A stretch of 64,000 nt of DNA from an uncultured Chloroflexia bacterium. Its GTDB lineage: Bacteria > Chloroflexota > Anaerolineae > CG2-30-64-16. Position numbers and translations under genes: made by a program. Positions 30,809 to 40,428 of this stretch are shown here, in pieces. How positions within the stretch are numbered: the stretch's first letter is position 1; the number at the start of each line of letters is the position of its first letter. The stretch covers positions 256,001 to 320,000 of the forward strand of contig CAWEMM010000011.1 of assembly GCA_963810095.1 (NCBI GenBank), in the 5' to 3' direction. The notes below the pieces were generated by a model. The model worked only from the letters and a program-made list of their open reading frames with translations. It did no database searches and was not told the origin of the DNA.

Positions 30809-31548
30809 TGGAACTCGTTCCGAATTTGCACCTTGTGGCCGGCGTCGGGTTGGGGGTCAATGCGTACCTCTGGCGGCCGGTGGTGGCGGGGAACGGGCGG
30901 GGCGCGGGTGAAAGCGTCCTGTTCGATTGCGGCTACCCCTGGCAGGCGCCGGCCCTTGTCGACAGCCTCGAACGCCTCGGCTGCCCGATCGACCAGCTCG
31001 CCGCGATCGCAATCACGCACGACGATTACGATCACTCGGGCGCGCTCGCCGAGCTTGTAGCGATGATCGGCGCCGGCGGCCCGGCCATCGTCGCACATCG
31101 ACTGGAAGCCGAGAGCCTCGAGAGCGAGGTGTGGCGCGAGATTCCCCGGCAGAAGAACCTGGGGAGCCTGGTCACCAGCGCGGTGATCGGGCTCGCGTAC
31201 GCGGCCAGGCCGAAGCAGCCCGTGAAGGTCACCCGGCCGGTGGAAGACGGCGCGCAGCTGCCGGGCGGGTGGGTTGCGATCCACACGCCGGGGCACACGC
31301 CGGGCCACCTGGCCTACTGGCAGCCGGACGCCCGCATCCTGATCGCAGGCGACGCGCTCGGTGGCCCGCAGGGCGATGGCGAGATTCGCGCCAACACGGG
31401 CTATTACTCGGTGAACGACGAGGAAGTCATTCGCAGCGTTCGCAAGCTGGCCGCGTTGCAGCCCGATACGATCTGCTTCGGTCACGGCCGCGAGATCGTG
31501 GGGGGCGCCGCGCCACGGCTCGACCGCCTTGCGCGGTCACTGCCGTGA
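30808..31548 (+). CDS. MBL-fold metallo-hydrolase
   Basis: LFDCG, THDDYDH, HTPGHTPGH, AGDA and FGHG; TAATG coupling to ppa. Confidence 0.88.
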   Translation: MELVPNLHLVAGVGLGVNAYLWRPVVAGNGRGAGESVLFDCGYPWQAPALVDSLERLGCPIDQLAAIAITHDDYDHSGALAELVAMIGAGGPAIVAHRLEAESLESEVWREIPRQKNLGSLVTSAVIGLAYAARPKQPVKVTRPVEDGAQLPGGWVAIHTPGHTPGHLAYWQPDARILIAGDALGGPQGDGEIRANTGYYSVNDEEVIRSVRKLAALQPDTICFGHGREIVGGAAPRLDRLARSLP

Positions 31549-31602
31549 ATTGGCATCGCTCCGCTCAGGATGCCCCTCTTCAAGACGGATACGAGGCGTC
31601 GC

Positions 31603-31911
31603 ATGCTCATCGGTAAAGTCGTCGGAACGGTGGTTGCCAGCCGCAAGGAAGAGAAGCTGGAAGGCGTCAAGCTGCTCGTCCTTAAGCAGGTCAGCGTGGA
31701 GGGACAGGTCGGGGCGGCCTACGTGGTCGCGGTCGACGCCGTGGGCGCGGGGCTCGACGAGTACGTGCTGTATGCCAGCGGCTCGTCGGCGCGGCAGACC
31801 CTCGTAACCGATAAACGCCCGGTCGACGCGGTGGTCATGGCGATCATCGACCAGTGGGAAGTCGGCGGCGAGGTCAAGTACCGGAAGGTCGAAGGCGAGT
31901 ACCAGTCCTAA
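31603..31911 (+). CDS. BMC-P pentameric vertex protein (EutN/CcmL family)
   Basis: [40 protein letters not shown]. Confidence 0.95.
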   Translation: MLIGKVVGTVVASRKEEKLEGVKLLVLKQVSVEGQVGAAYVVAVDAVGAGLDEYVLYASGSSARQTLVTDKRPVDAVVMAIIDQWEVGGEVKYRKVEGEYQS

Positions 31912-31962
31912 GTCACGCGTGGACGACGCAGGTTCCGGTCCATCTATGGGATCCATCAGTCT

Positions 31963-33501
31963 ATGGGCGAAAAACTAACAGACGCGCAGATCGAAGCGAT
32001 CGCTCGCCGGGTGCGCGGTCAATTAGGCGGTGGGCCGCTGCGACACGGCCAGGACTCCGGACGTGAGGACCGTGCGCGGACAGCCGCCGCGCCATCCGCG
32101 CCCGCGGGTGGGCCGCCCCCGCACCTCTCGTATGTGGGACGGGCCGGGCGGAGCGTGCCCGCGCCTGCCGTCACGGGCAAGGACGGTATCTACCCGGACC
32201 TTGATTCCGCAGTCGCCGCAGCACGGCGCGGCTTCCGCAGCCTCGACGAACTCACGCTGGAGAAACGCGTCACGATCGTGGCGGCCATGCGCGAGGCGAT
32301 GCGCCGCAATGCTGAATTGCTCGCGACCATGGCGCAGGAAGAGACCGGGCTGGGGCGGGCCGAGGACAAGGTCAAGAAGAACCTCCTCGTGATCGACAAG
32401 ACACCCGGGCCAGAAATCCTACAGCCGTCCGCGTGGACCGGGGATCGCGGGCTAACGCTGGTCGAGCGTGCGCCGTACGGCGTGTTCGGCGTGATTACCC
32501 CGAGCACCAACCCGACTTCCACGATCATCAACAACGCCATTGGCCTGGTCTCCGCCGGCAATGCCGGCGTCTTCAACGTCCACCCCGGCGCAAAGCGCGT
32601 CTCTGCGTACCAGATCCAGTTGCTGAATCGGGCCATCGTGTCGGCAGGGGGTCCGCCCGACGTGCTCACTGCACTGGCCGAGCCGACCGTGGAAAGCGCC
32701 CAGGCGTTGATGAAGCACCCGGGCGTCCGCATCCTCCTCATTACGGGTGGGGGCGCGGTGGTCAAGTTGGCCATGGCCTCGGGCAAGCGCGCCATCTGCG
32801 CCGGCCCGGGCAACCCGCCCGTCGTCGTCGACGAAACCGCCGACATCGACCTGGCGGGCCGAGAGATCGTCTTCGGCGGCAGCTTCGACAACAACATCAT
32901 TTGCGTGGACGAGAAAGAAGTCTTCGCCGTTGCGAGCGTGGCCGACAAGCTCAAGGCCGCGATGGTGGCAAACGGCGCGGTGGAATTGCCCTCGTACCGG
33001 CTCAAGGCGCTCGAGAAAGTCATTTTCGAAAAGCTGCCCGGCCCGCGCGAGCACGGCGTGATGAAGAAGGAATGGATCGGCCAGAATGCGGGAAAGATCC
33101 TGGCGGAGCTGGGCATCTCGGCGCCGAACGCCAGGCTTGTGCTGGTCGAGACGCCGGCCGATCACCCGCTGATCTGGACCGAGCAGCTGATGCCGGTGAT
33201 GCCGCTGGCGCGCGTGCGCAACGTGGACGAGGCCATTGACCTGGCGATCGAGGCGGAGCATGGCTTCGGCCACACGGCCAGCATGTTCAGCCGCAACATC
33301 GACGCGCTCAGCCGGATGGCCCGGGAGATCAACACGAGCATCTTCGTGAAGAACGGGCCAAACCTGGCCGGGTTGGGTTACGGCGGCGAGGGCTTTACCA
33401 GCTTCTCCATCGCCAGCCCTACCGGCGAGGGGCTGACCAACGCGCTGACGTTCACGCGCATTCGCCGTTGTACGATGGTCGACCACTTTCGAATTGTTTA
33501 G
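31963..33501 (+). CDS. CoA-acylating aldehyde dehydrogenase (EutE/PduP family) with encapsulation peptide
   Basis: EETGLGR, PSTNPTST, TGGGAVV, AGPGNPP, FDNNIIC, EQLMP and PTGEGLT; N-terminal DAQIEAIARRVRGQL helix then Pro-rich linker. Confidence 0.95.
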   Translation: MGEKLTDAQIEAIARRVRGQLGGGPLRHGQDSGREDRARTAAAPSAPAGGPPPHLSYVGRAGRSVPAPAVTGKDGIYPDLDSAVAAARRGFRSLDELTLEKRVTIVAAMREAMRRNAELLATMAQEETGLGRAEDKVKKNLLVIDKTPGPEILQPSAWTGDRGLTLVERAPYGVFGVITPSTNPTSTIINNAIGLVSAGNAGVFNVHPGAKRVSAYQIQLLNRAIVSAGGPPDVLTALAEPTVESAQALMKHPGVRILLITGGGAVVKLAMASGKRAICAGPGNPPVVVDETADIDLAGREIVFGGSFDNNIICVDEKEVFAVASVADKLKAAMVANGAVELPSYRLKALEKVIFEKLPGPREHGVMKKEWIGQNAGKILAELGISAPNARLVLVETPADHPLIWTEQLMPVMPLARVRNVDEAIDLAIEAEHGFGHTASMFSRNIDALSRMAREINTSIFVKNGPNLAGLGYGGEGFTSFSIASPTGEGLTNALTFTRIRRCTMVDHFRIV

Positions 33502-33559
33502 TTTGTGCGCATCGCGGGCACGCTGTGCGTGCCGTGATGCGCACAAAAAGTAAGGGACT

Positions 33560-34256
33560 ATGCAGCCAGCCCTCGCCCTCATCGAATTCGACTCTATCGC
33601 GGCAGGCGTACAGGCCGGCGACGCTATGGCCAAGAAGGCCCCGGTCGCGCGCGTCGCCGCGGGCACCGTCCACAACGGCAAGTACCTGGTGCTGGTGGCG
33701 GGCGAGGTCGCCGACGTCGAGGAGTCGTACGCCGAAGGGCTGGCACGTGGGCGCTAGCAGCATCCTCGACAGCGTTTTCCTTCCTGGCGTGCACCCCCAG
33801 GTCGCCTCTGCAGTCGGACGACAGCGCCTCCCCGAGCCTGTGGACAGCCTGGGCATCGTCGAGACACGCACGGTCGCGGCGGCTATCGCTGCAGCCGACG
33901 CCGGGCTCAAAGGTGCCGAAGTCAACCTGATCGAGGTGCGCCTCGCGGATGGGCTGGGCGGCAAAGGGCTCGTCTTTTTCTCCGGCCTGGTGCACGATGT
34001 CGAAGCCGCGGTCCACATCGGCGTCGAGTGCATTTCGTCAACCTCGGCGCTGATCCAGGCGGTCGTCATCCCCCAACTTCACCCCGACATGGCGGCGAAC
34101 ATCCTGGCCGACACCCGCTGGCAGCGCCAACATCTAGGCTCGCCGCGCCGTTGTTATGTCCTGTTGGGGGCGGGCTCGCCCCCAACACCCCCGCTTCGGT
34201 GGCTGCGCCCCCGAAACCCCCAAAGGCTACGCTCCCAGCACTGCTTACGCCCCTAG
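33560..34256 (+). CDS. PduT-like BMC-T shell protein (frameshift near 33745; reading frame runs into a repeat, so the 3' end is uncertain)
   Basis: ALALIEFDSIAAG..DAMAKKA..GKYLVLVAGEVADVE; second domain LGIVET..AADAGLK..RLADGLGGK. Confidence 0.88.
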
Positions 34257-34330
34257 CAATCACGCTGCCAGTACACAGGCAACCTCATACATCACGCGCC
34301 CCACGATGCCGGTTCTGCGGAATTTCGTCA
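34163..34330 (-). repeat. Roughly 170-bp structured element, diverged copy of the 49704-50078 units
   Basis: Reverse complement contains CAGAACCGGCAT and GGAGCGTAGCCTTTGGGGGTTTCGGGGGCGCAGCCACCGAAGCGGGGG, matching GGAGCGTAGCATTTGGGGGTCTCGGGGGCAGCGGCCCCCGAGGCGGGGG near 49803. Confidence 0.7.
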
Positions 34331-34398
34331 CTGGCAGCCCCGCACCGGTTCGGAAGCTACATCCGTCATCTCGCAGACGCACCATCCCCCGAGCTAAT

Positions 34399-34582
34399 TT
34401 TGGGAGTCAAGGGGCGGAGCCCCTTGTCGAGGGTGCTGGGGGCCGGGCGGCCCCAGCAGAGATACTCGCTGAGCCAGAGCCACGCGGGGTGCTGGGGGCC
34501 GGATGGCCCCGAGCAAGAGCAAACCCCGAACCACTGCCGGCGCGGGGCGCTGGGGGCCGGGTGGCCCCCGGCAAGAGCAAAC
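34399..34582 (+). repeat. Three tandem GC hairpins preceded by an AAGGGGCGGAGCCCCTT hairpin
   Basis: GGGTGCTGGGGGCCGGN2GGCCCC..GCA at about 34431, 34487 and 34545. Confidence 0.75.
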
Positions 34583-34669
34583 ACCGGTCCATTGCCTCGG
34601 ACGCAGGCCTTCGCGTTCCGGGCCAGGCGGTGCTACAATGCCCCCAGCATGCGTGGAGGCTGAGCACCG

Positions 34670-35449
34670 ATGACCCAAACCCAACCCAACCCCACTCTCG
34701 ATCTGATGCACCGCCACGGCTCGGTACGCCGCTACCGGCCCGACCCGGTTTCCTCCGACATGGTTACGGAGATCGTCCGTGCCGCTCAACGGGCGTCCAC
34801 ATCGTCCAACCTGCAAATGTGGACGGTGATTGCGGTCACCGGCGCCGAAAAACGGGGCCGGCTGGCGGAGTTGTGCGGTAATCAGTCGCACATCCTCGAC
34901 GCACCTGTCTTCCTCGCCTGGTGTGCCGACCTGGCACGCCTGGACCGGGCATGCGAGTTACGTGGCTACACGCAAGTCACGGAGTACGTCGAGAACTTCC
35001 TGGTGGCCGCGACCGACGCGGTGATTGCGTCGCAGCAGGCGGCGCTCGCGGCCGAGTCGTTCGGGCTGGGCATCTGTTACATCGGAGGCCTGCGCAACTG
35101 CCCCGCCGAGGTCATCGAACTGCTCGAGATGCCACGGCTGACCTTCCCGGTGGCCGGTATGACGCTCGGCTGGCCCGCGGCCCACCCACCCATCCGCCCC
35201 CGGCTCGATACAGAGGCGGTGCTCCACTGGGAGCGTTACGACACGCGCGAACAAGACCGGTTGCTGGCCGCGTACGACCGTGCCATGATCGACACGGGCA
35301 TTTACCAGGGGCGACAGGTCGCGACGCCCGGCCAAAGCGGCGAGATGCAGGACTACGGCTGGCTGGAACACTCGGCCCGCCGGGTGTCTCAACCCTCGCG
35401 CACGGGGCTGCGCGAGGAATTGGCGAAACAGGGTTTTCTGTTAGAGTAG
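34670..35449 (+). CDS. NADPH-dependent flavin oxidoreductase (NfsA/Frp nitroreductase family)
   Basis: HGSVRRY, ASTSSNLQ, CADLAR, GICYIGGLRN and RPRL; TGcTACAAT at 34631-34639. Confidence 0.92.
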   Translation: MTQTQPNPTLDLMHRHGSVRRYRPDPVSSDMVTEIVRAAQRASTSSNLQMWTVIAVTGAEKRGRLAELCGNQSHILDAPVFLAWCADLARLDRACELRGYTQVTEYVENFLVAATDAVIASQQAALAAESFGLGICYIGGLRNCPAEVIELLEMPRLTFPVAGMTLGWPAAHPPIRPRLDTEAVLHWERYDTREQDRLLAAYDRAMIDTGIYQGRQVATPGQSGEMQDYGWLEHSARRVSQPSRTGLREELAKQGFLLE

Positions 35450-35496
35450 CAGACATCAAGCAACCATGATGAAGTCGTAAGAGAGGAGCGTGGGCT

Positions 35497-36690
35497 GTGG
35501 CGATGCAGGCAGACGACGTTGTCATCCTAAGTGCGGCACGGACGCCAATCGGCAAATTTCAGGGTGCGCTCGCCGAAACCCCGGCGACGAAACTGGGAGC
35601 CATCGCAATACGGGCTGCTTGCGAGCGGTCGGGCGTGGATCCGAGTTTGATCACCGAAGTGTTCATGGGCAACGTGGTTCAGGCGGGCGAAGGCCAGGCC
35701 CCTGCTCGTCAGGCGGCCATCGGCGCGGGCATCCCCCCGACCACCGGCGCGACAACCATCAACAAGGTGTGCGGGTCGGGCCTGCGCGCCGTCATGTTCG
35801 CCGCATCTGCGATACGGGCGGGCGAAGGCGACTTCTTCGTCGCCGGCGGCATGGAGAACATGAACAGTGCGCCCTACCTGCTGCCCAACGCGCGCTTCGG
35901 CTACCGGCTGGGCAACGGAGAGCTGGTCGACGCAGTCGTCCACGATGGCCTGCTCGATCCTTATGACAACAAGCACATGGGCGAGTTTGCAGAGTGGACC
36001 GCGGAAACCTTCGGCATCAGCCGGCAGGATCAGGACGAGCTTGCCCTGCGCAGCCACCGGCGGGCGGTTGCAGCGCAGGACGAAGGCCGCTTCAAGGCTG
36101 AAATCGCACCGGTGCCCCTGCCCCAGCGCCGCGGCGATCCCATCCCCTACGACACCGACGAAGGACCCCGCCGCAACACGTCCGCGGAACTGCTCGCGGG
36201 TCTGAAGCCCGTCTTCCGTGCGGGCGGCACCGTCACGGCGGGCAACGCGCCGGGCATTACCGACGGCGCGGCTGCGCTAGTCGTGGCGCGGCGCGCGGCG
36301 GCTGATGCCGCAGGGCTTAAGCCCATGGCCAGGATCGTTGGCTATGCGCAAGGACAACTCAAGCCGAGCGAAGTATTTATCGCGCCCGTCAAGGCCATCG
36401 GGCGGCTCTGCGAACGGCTCGGCCGCGAGCCCGGCGACTTCGATCTCTACGAGCTCAACGAGGCTTTCGCGGCGCAAGCAGCGCACAACATCCGTGAACT
36501 GGGACTGGACCCAGAGCGGGTCAACGTGAACGGCGGAGCCATCGCGCTCGGTCACCCCATCGGGGCCAGCGGCGCGCGGGTCCTGACCACGCTTCTGTAC
36601 GCTCTGGCGAGCCGCGGGCTGCACACGGGACTCGCGTCGCTGTGCCTGGGCGGCGGCGAGGCGGTCGCGCTTGCGGTGGAAATGGAGTAA
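35497..36690 (+). CDS. Acetyl-CoA C-acyltransferase (thiolase)
   Basis: INKVCGSG, GGMENM, NEAFAAQ, NGGAIALGHPIGASG and LCLGGG. Confidence 0.95.
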   Translation: MAMQADDVVILSAARTPIGKFQGALAETPATKLGAIAIRAACERSGVDPSLITEVFMGNVVQAGEGQAPARQAAIGAGIPPTTGATTINKVCGSGLRAVMFAASAIRAGEGDFFVAGGMENMNSAPYLLPNARFGYRLGNGELVDAVVHDGLLDPYDNKHMGEFAEWTAETFGISRQDQDELALRSHRRAVAAQDEGRFKAEIAPVPLPQRRGDPIPYDTDEGPRRNTSAELLAGLKPVFRAGGTVTAGNAPGITDGAAALVVARRAAADAAGLKPMARIVGYAQGQLKPSEVFIAPVKAIGRLCERLGREPGDFDLYELNEAFAAQAAHNIRELGLDPERVNVNGGAIALGHPIGASGARVLTTLLYALASRGLHTGLASLCLGGGEAVALAVEME

Positions 36691-39600
36691 TGATCGAACA
36701 CTTGCACCAGGGTGGGCTGCTGCGGGCAAAGCTAAGCCCGCCACAGCCATACCGCCGCACGCTCGCGCGACCACGCGTGCTGGCGTGCCTGACACAGGCG
36801 CTGGAGCACCGTCTGACGGTGGTTCATGCCGGCGCAGGGTACGGCAAGACCACCGCGCTGGCTTCACTGTGGCGTGAGTTGGGCGGCGGGGCCACGAAAC
36901 CGGTCGCTCCAGACCTTGCAACGGCCGCCGGCGGCCCCCACGAGATTGAGCCGGCCTGGCTGACCCTGGACAGCACGGATCGCGAGCCGAGGCAGTTCCT
37001 CGCCTACCTCAGCGCCGCATGCAATGCTGAAGCCGAGTCCTTGGCGCTCGAATGGGAAGGCGGCGCCGGGGCCGACTGGCGCAGGCAGATCGACCGGCTG
37101 TTGAATGCGCTCACGGTGCCCGAACGCGATGCCCGGCTGCTGATCCTCGACGATTTTCACCTCCTGGCGGGCGAGCCAGACGTGCTCGCGATGATGGAAC
37201 GGCTGCTCGCCTACCTCCCCGCAAACCTGCACGTGATCCTTGCGACGCGGCAGCCGGTTCCATTCGAATCCATCGCCGCCTGGCGTGCTCGAGGCGAAGT
37301 GCTCGAGGTCGGGAGCCGGGACCTCGCGTTCACCAGGGACGAGGTGCAGGCGCTCTTCGAGGAGAGCTACGGCGCGGGACTAGACCCGGACGACGCCGCG
37401 ACGCTGACCGAGTTAACCGAAGGCTGGCCGATTGCGTTGCAACTGGCCTGGCAAAGCCTGCGGAGCGGGCTGGGCCCCGGGCAGGTCCGCCTGGAGCCGA
37501 GCCGCGACATTCGCCGGCTGATCGAGCAGGGCAGCGGCCCCTCACACGTCCTTTTCGAGTACCTTGCGCACGAATTGCTCGACCGCCAGCCGCCGAGCGT
37601 CGTCAACTTTCTGCTCGACACCTCGGTCCTGCGCGATCTGACCCCGGGCGCGTGCGCCGCCGTGCGTGAGGACGAGGCGGCGGGAGACCTGCTGATCCGC
37701 GTCCACGAGCTGGACCTGTTCACGGTGTCCCTCGGCGACGGTCACTACCGCTATCACCACCTTTTCCACGACTTCCTCCGCGCGGGCAGCGGCCGACCCT
37801 TCGGGCGTCTGTGTGCGTCACGCCCGCGCCGCCGGTCACTTCGCCAGCGTGGGGCAGGCCGAAGAGGCAGTCTATCACTGGCTGCAAGCGGACGAGTTCC
37901 GGTCGGCGGCCGGGGCGATCGAATCTGCGGCCCCGGCCCTGCTGACGGCCGGCCGGCTTGATGTGGTCGCCGGATGGATCGACGCACTCCCGCCGTCTCT
38001 TCTGGCCGAGAGTCCGGCACTGCAGGCCCTGCTCGGAGACATCTGCCGGCTGCAGAGCCGGTTCGACCAGGCCCTTGGCTGGTACGCGGAGGCCGAGCGC
38101 ATCTATCAGAGCCGCGGCGATCGAGCCGGGATGAGCCGGGCCCTGCACGGGCAGGCGTCCGTCTACCTCGACACGGTCCGCCCCGCCCAAGCCGAGGGGC
38201 TGCTGCAGGAAGCGCTCCGGCTGAGCGAAGGCATTGCCGATCGCGAATCTCAGGCCCGCTTGCTCGACCTGCTGGCCGAGAACAAGCTGAATGTGGGCAA
38301 GCCGGGCGAAGCCGAGGCCCTGCGGGCAGAAGCTCAGAACCTGCGCGAGGAGGGGCCGACCGCAGATGCCTTGAGCGTGCGCGTGAAGCTGCGGACGGGC
38401 CAACTGGCGCAGGCGCGCGCGATGCTGGAGGCGCGCGTCGACGCCGAACGCCGCGCCGCGGAGGGCGGACAAATGGGACCGCCGCGCGCCCACCGGGAGA
38501 CGCGTCCTGATCTTGTCGCTGATCGCTGCGTTACAGGGAAGCGCCGAAACTGCGCTGACGCTTGCGCAGGAAGGCATCCAGCTTGGCGAGCGCCTGAACT
38601 CGCCCTTTGTGACCGCCGTGGGCCAGATGCGGCTCGGGCATGCGCTGCAGATCCAGGCCCACCAGGCCGCTGCCCGAGGCTGGGAAGGCGTCCTACCCGG
38701 TGGAACCGGCCCAAGCCCCGCAGCCAGCCGCGACGAAGCCATCCGGGGATACCGGGCCGCGATCGCGCTGGGCGATGCATTGGACGTGCGCCGGACACGC
38801 GCGGAGGCCATGTGGGGACTCACCCGAGCGTTCGGTTACTTCGGCGGCGCGGGCGAAGGCGGCGGCGACATTAAGGCCGCAGAGGACGCGGCGCGCGAAG
38901 GGCTGGAAATCGCACATTGGGCCGGCGACTTGTGGGTGGGCGCTCTGACCGAAATGACCCTTGGCGCCAGCTATGTCCTGGTAGACCAGCCCCACGAGGG
39001 CCTGCTCGCGCTGAGCCGGGCCACAGCCGCGTTCCGCGACTGCGGCGACACCTTCGGCCGCGCCGCCGCGCGACTTTGGGAGGCCCTGGCCCACGCCGCG
39101 CTCAAGCATCAGGAAGCCGCGCTGGGCGCGCTGCACGAAGCGCTGGGCCTGTGTGCCGTCAACGGGTACGACTATCTGTTGACCGCCCCGACCCTGCTCG
39201 GGCCGCCGGATGCCCGTCGCCTCGTGCCGCTCCTGCTAAAGGCTCGCACGCATCGCCTGCACACGGCATACGTGGGGCGCCTGCTGGCGCTGCTGGATAT
39301 CCCTGCCGTTCAGGCGCATGCCGGTTACCGTCTCCACGTCCAAACGCTTGGGGCGTTCCGGGTCTGGCGCGGCGCGGCCGAGGTGGCGCCGCGCGATTGG
39401 CAGCGCGACAAGGCGCGGCAGTTGTTCCAACTGTTCGTCACGGAGCGCGGACGGTGGCTGAATCGGGACGAAGTGGTCGAGCGCCTGTGGCCGAGCCTCG
39501 GGCCGGAAGCGGCCGTGCGCGACTTCAAGGTGGCGCTCAACGCGCTGAACCGGGCCGTCGAGCCGGGCCATGCGCCCGACGAACCGTTCGCGTTCGTCGC

Positions 39601-40108
39601 ACGCGAAGGCGCGGCATACCGCCTGCGCCCCGACGCAGATTTGTGGCTCGACCTCGCGGATTTTGAGCGCCGCTGCGAGGCCGGCCTGCGCGGGCCGCTG
39701 GGCGGGCCGGAGGCAGAGGCCACGCTGGAGCACCTGCGAGCGGGACTGCGCCTCTACCAGGGCGACTACCTGCCGGACGCGCTCTACGAAGATTGGGCGA
39801 CCGAGACGCGCGAGCGAATGCTCACGCTCTACCTGCGGGCGGCCGACCGGCTGGCCACCGCCCTGCTCGAACGCGGCCAGCACGAAGAAGCCCTGGACGT
39901 CTGCGGCGCAATCCTGGCGCGCGATGCTTGCTGGGAGCGCGCGTACCGCATCGAAATGCAGGCGTGCGCGCTGCTGGGCAATCGACCGCAGGCGCTGAAA
40001 TCTTATCAGCGCTGCCGCACCGTCCTCGCGGCCCAACTCGACGTCCCTCCTTCCCCAGAAACGGTCTCCCTCGCCGCCGCGCTCGGTCTGCACGGAGGCC
40101 GGCTGTAA
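36690..40108 (+). CDS. Large transcriptional activator: MalT-like ATPase + TPR + C-terminal winged-helix/BTAD (frameshifts near 37790 and 38505)
   Basis: AGAGYGKTT, LILDDFH, TEGWP and YRYHHLF; QTLGAFRV..WQRDKAR..ERLWP, LYQGDYL and WERAYR. Confidence 0.88.
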
Positions 40109-40136
40109 CTCACCTGTGACTCCCCCTCGCTATACT
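40103..40136 (+). promoter_or_regulatory. Candidate SARP/BTAD operator-promoter
   Basis: CTGTAACTC and CTGTGACTC with 11-bp period, then 8 bp, then TATACT. Confidence 0.55.
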
Positions 40137-40173
40137 CGTCCCAGCCATTTCGCGTGCGCGAGGATTGCGAGCT

Positions 40174-40428
40174 ATGCCCGACGACTCTCTGCCAACACCT
40201 GCCGAACCCAACCTCGACTCTTTCGTCTTGCGCTTCGTGTCCAACCGTGAAGGCCCTTCAGTTCGAGCAGGCGCCGAAAGCGGGTCCGACGACGGCTGCG
40301 GCGCAGTTGGATGGCACGGCGTCATCCGCCACGTGCAGACGAATCGTGAGCGGGCTTTCAGCCGTTGGACAGATGCCGTCGCATTTATCTCCGAATTCGT
40401 GCACGTGGGAGAGAACAAGGATGAGTGA
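40174..40428 (+). CDS. Small hypothetical protein
   Basis: DSFVLRF..WHGVIRHVQT..RAFSRW..AVAFI; stop overlaps the next start. Confidence 0.7.
   Translation: MPDDSLPTPAEPNLDSFVLRFVSNREGPSVRAGAESGSDDGCGAVGWHGVIRHVQTNRERAFSRWTDAVAFISEFVHVGENKDE

Noticed and set aside
34431-34582. Mini CRISPR array
   Set aside because: Only three degenerate, very GC-rich units with spacers of about 21-25 nt, no cas genes or AT-rich leader, and similarity to the dispersed hairpin element
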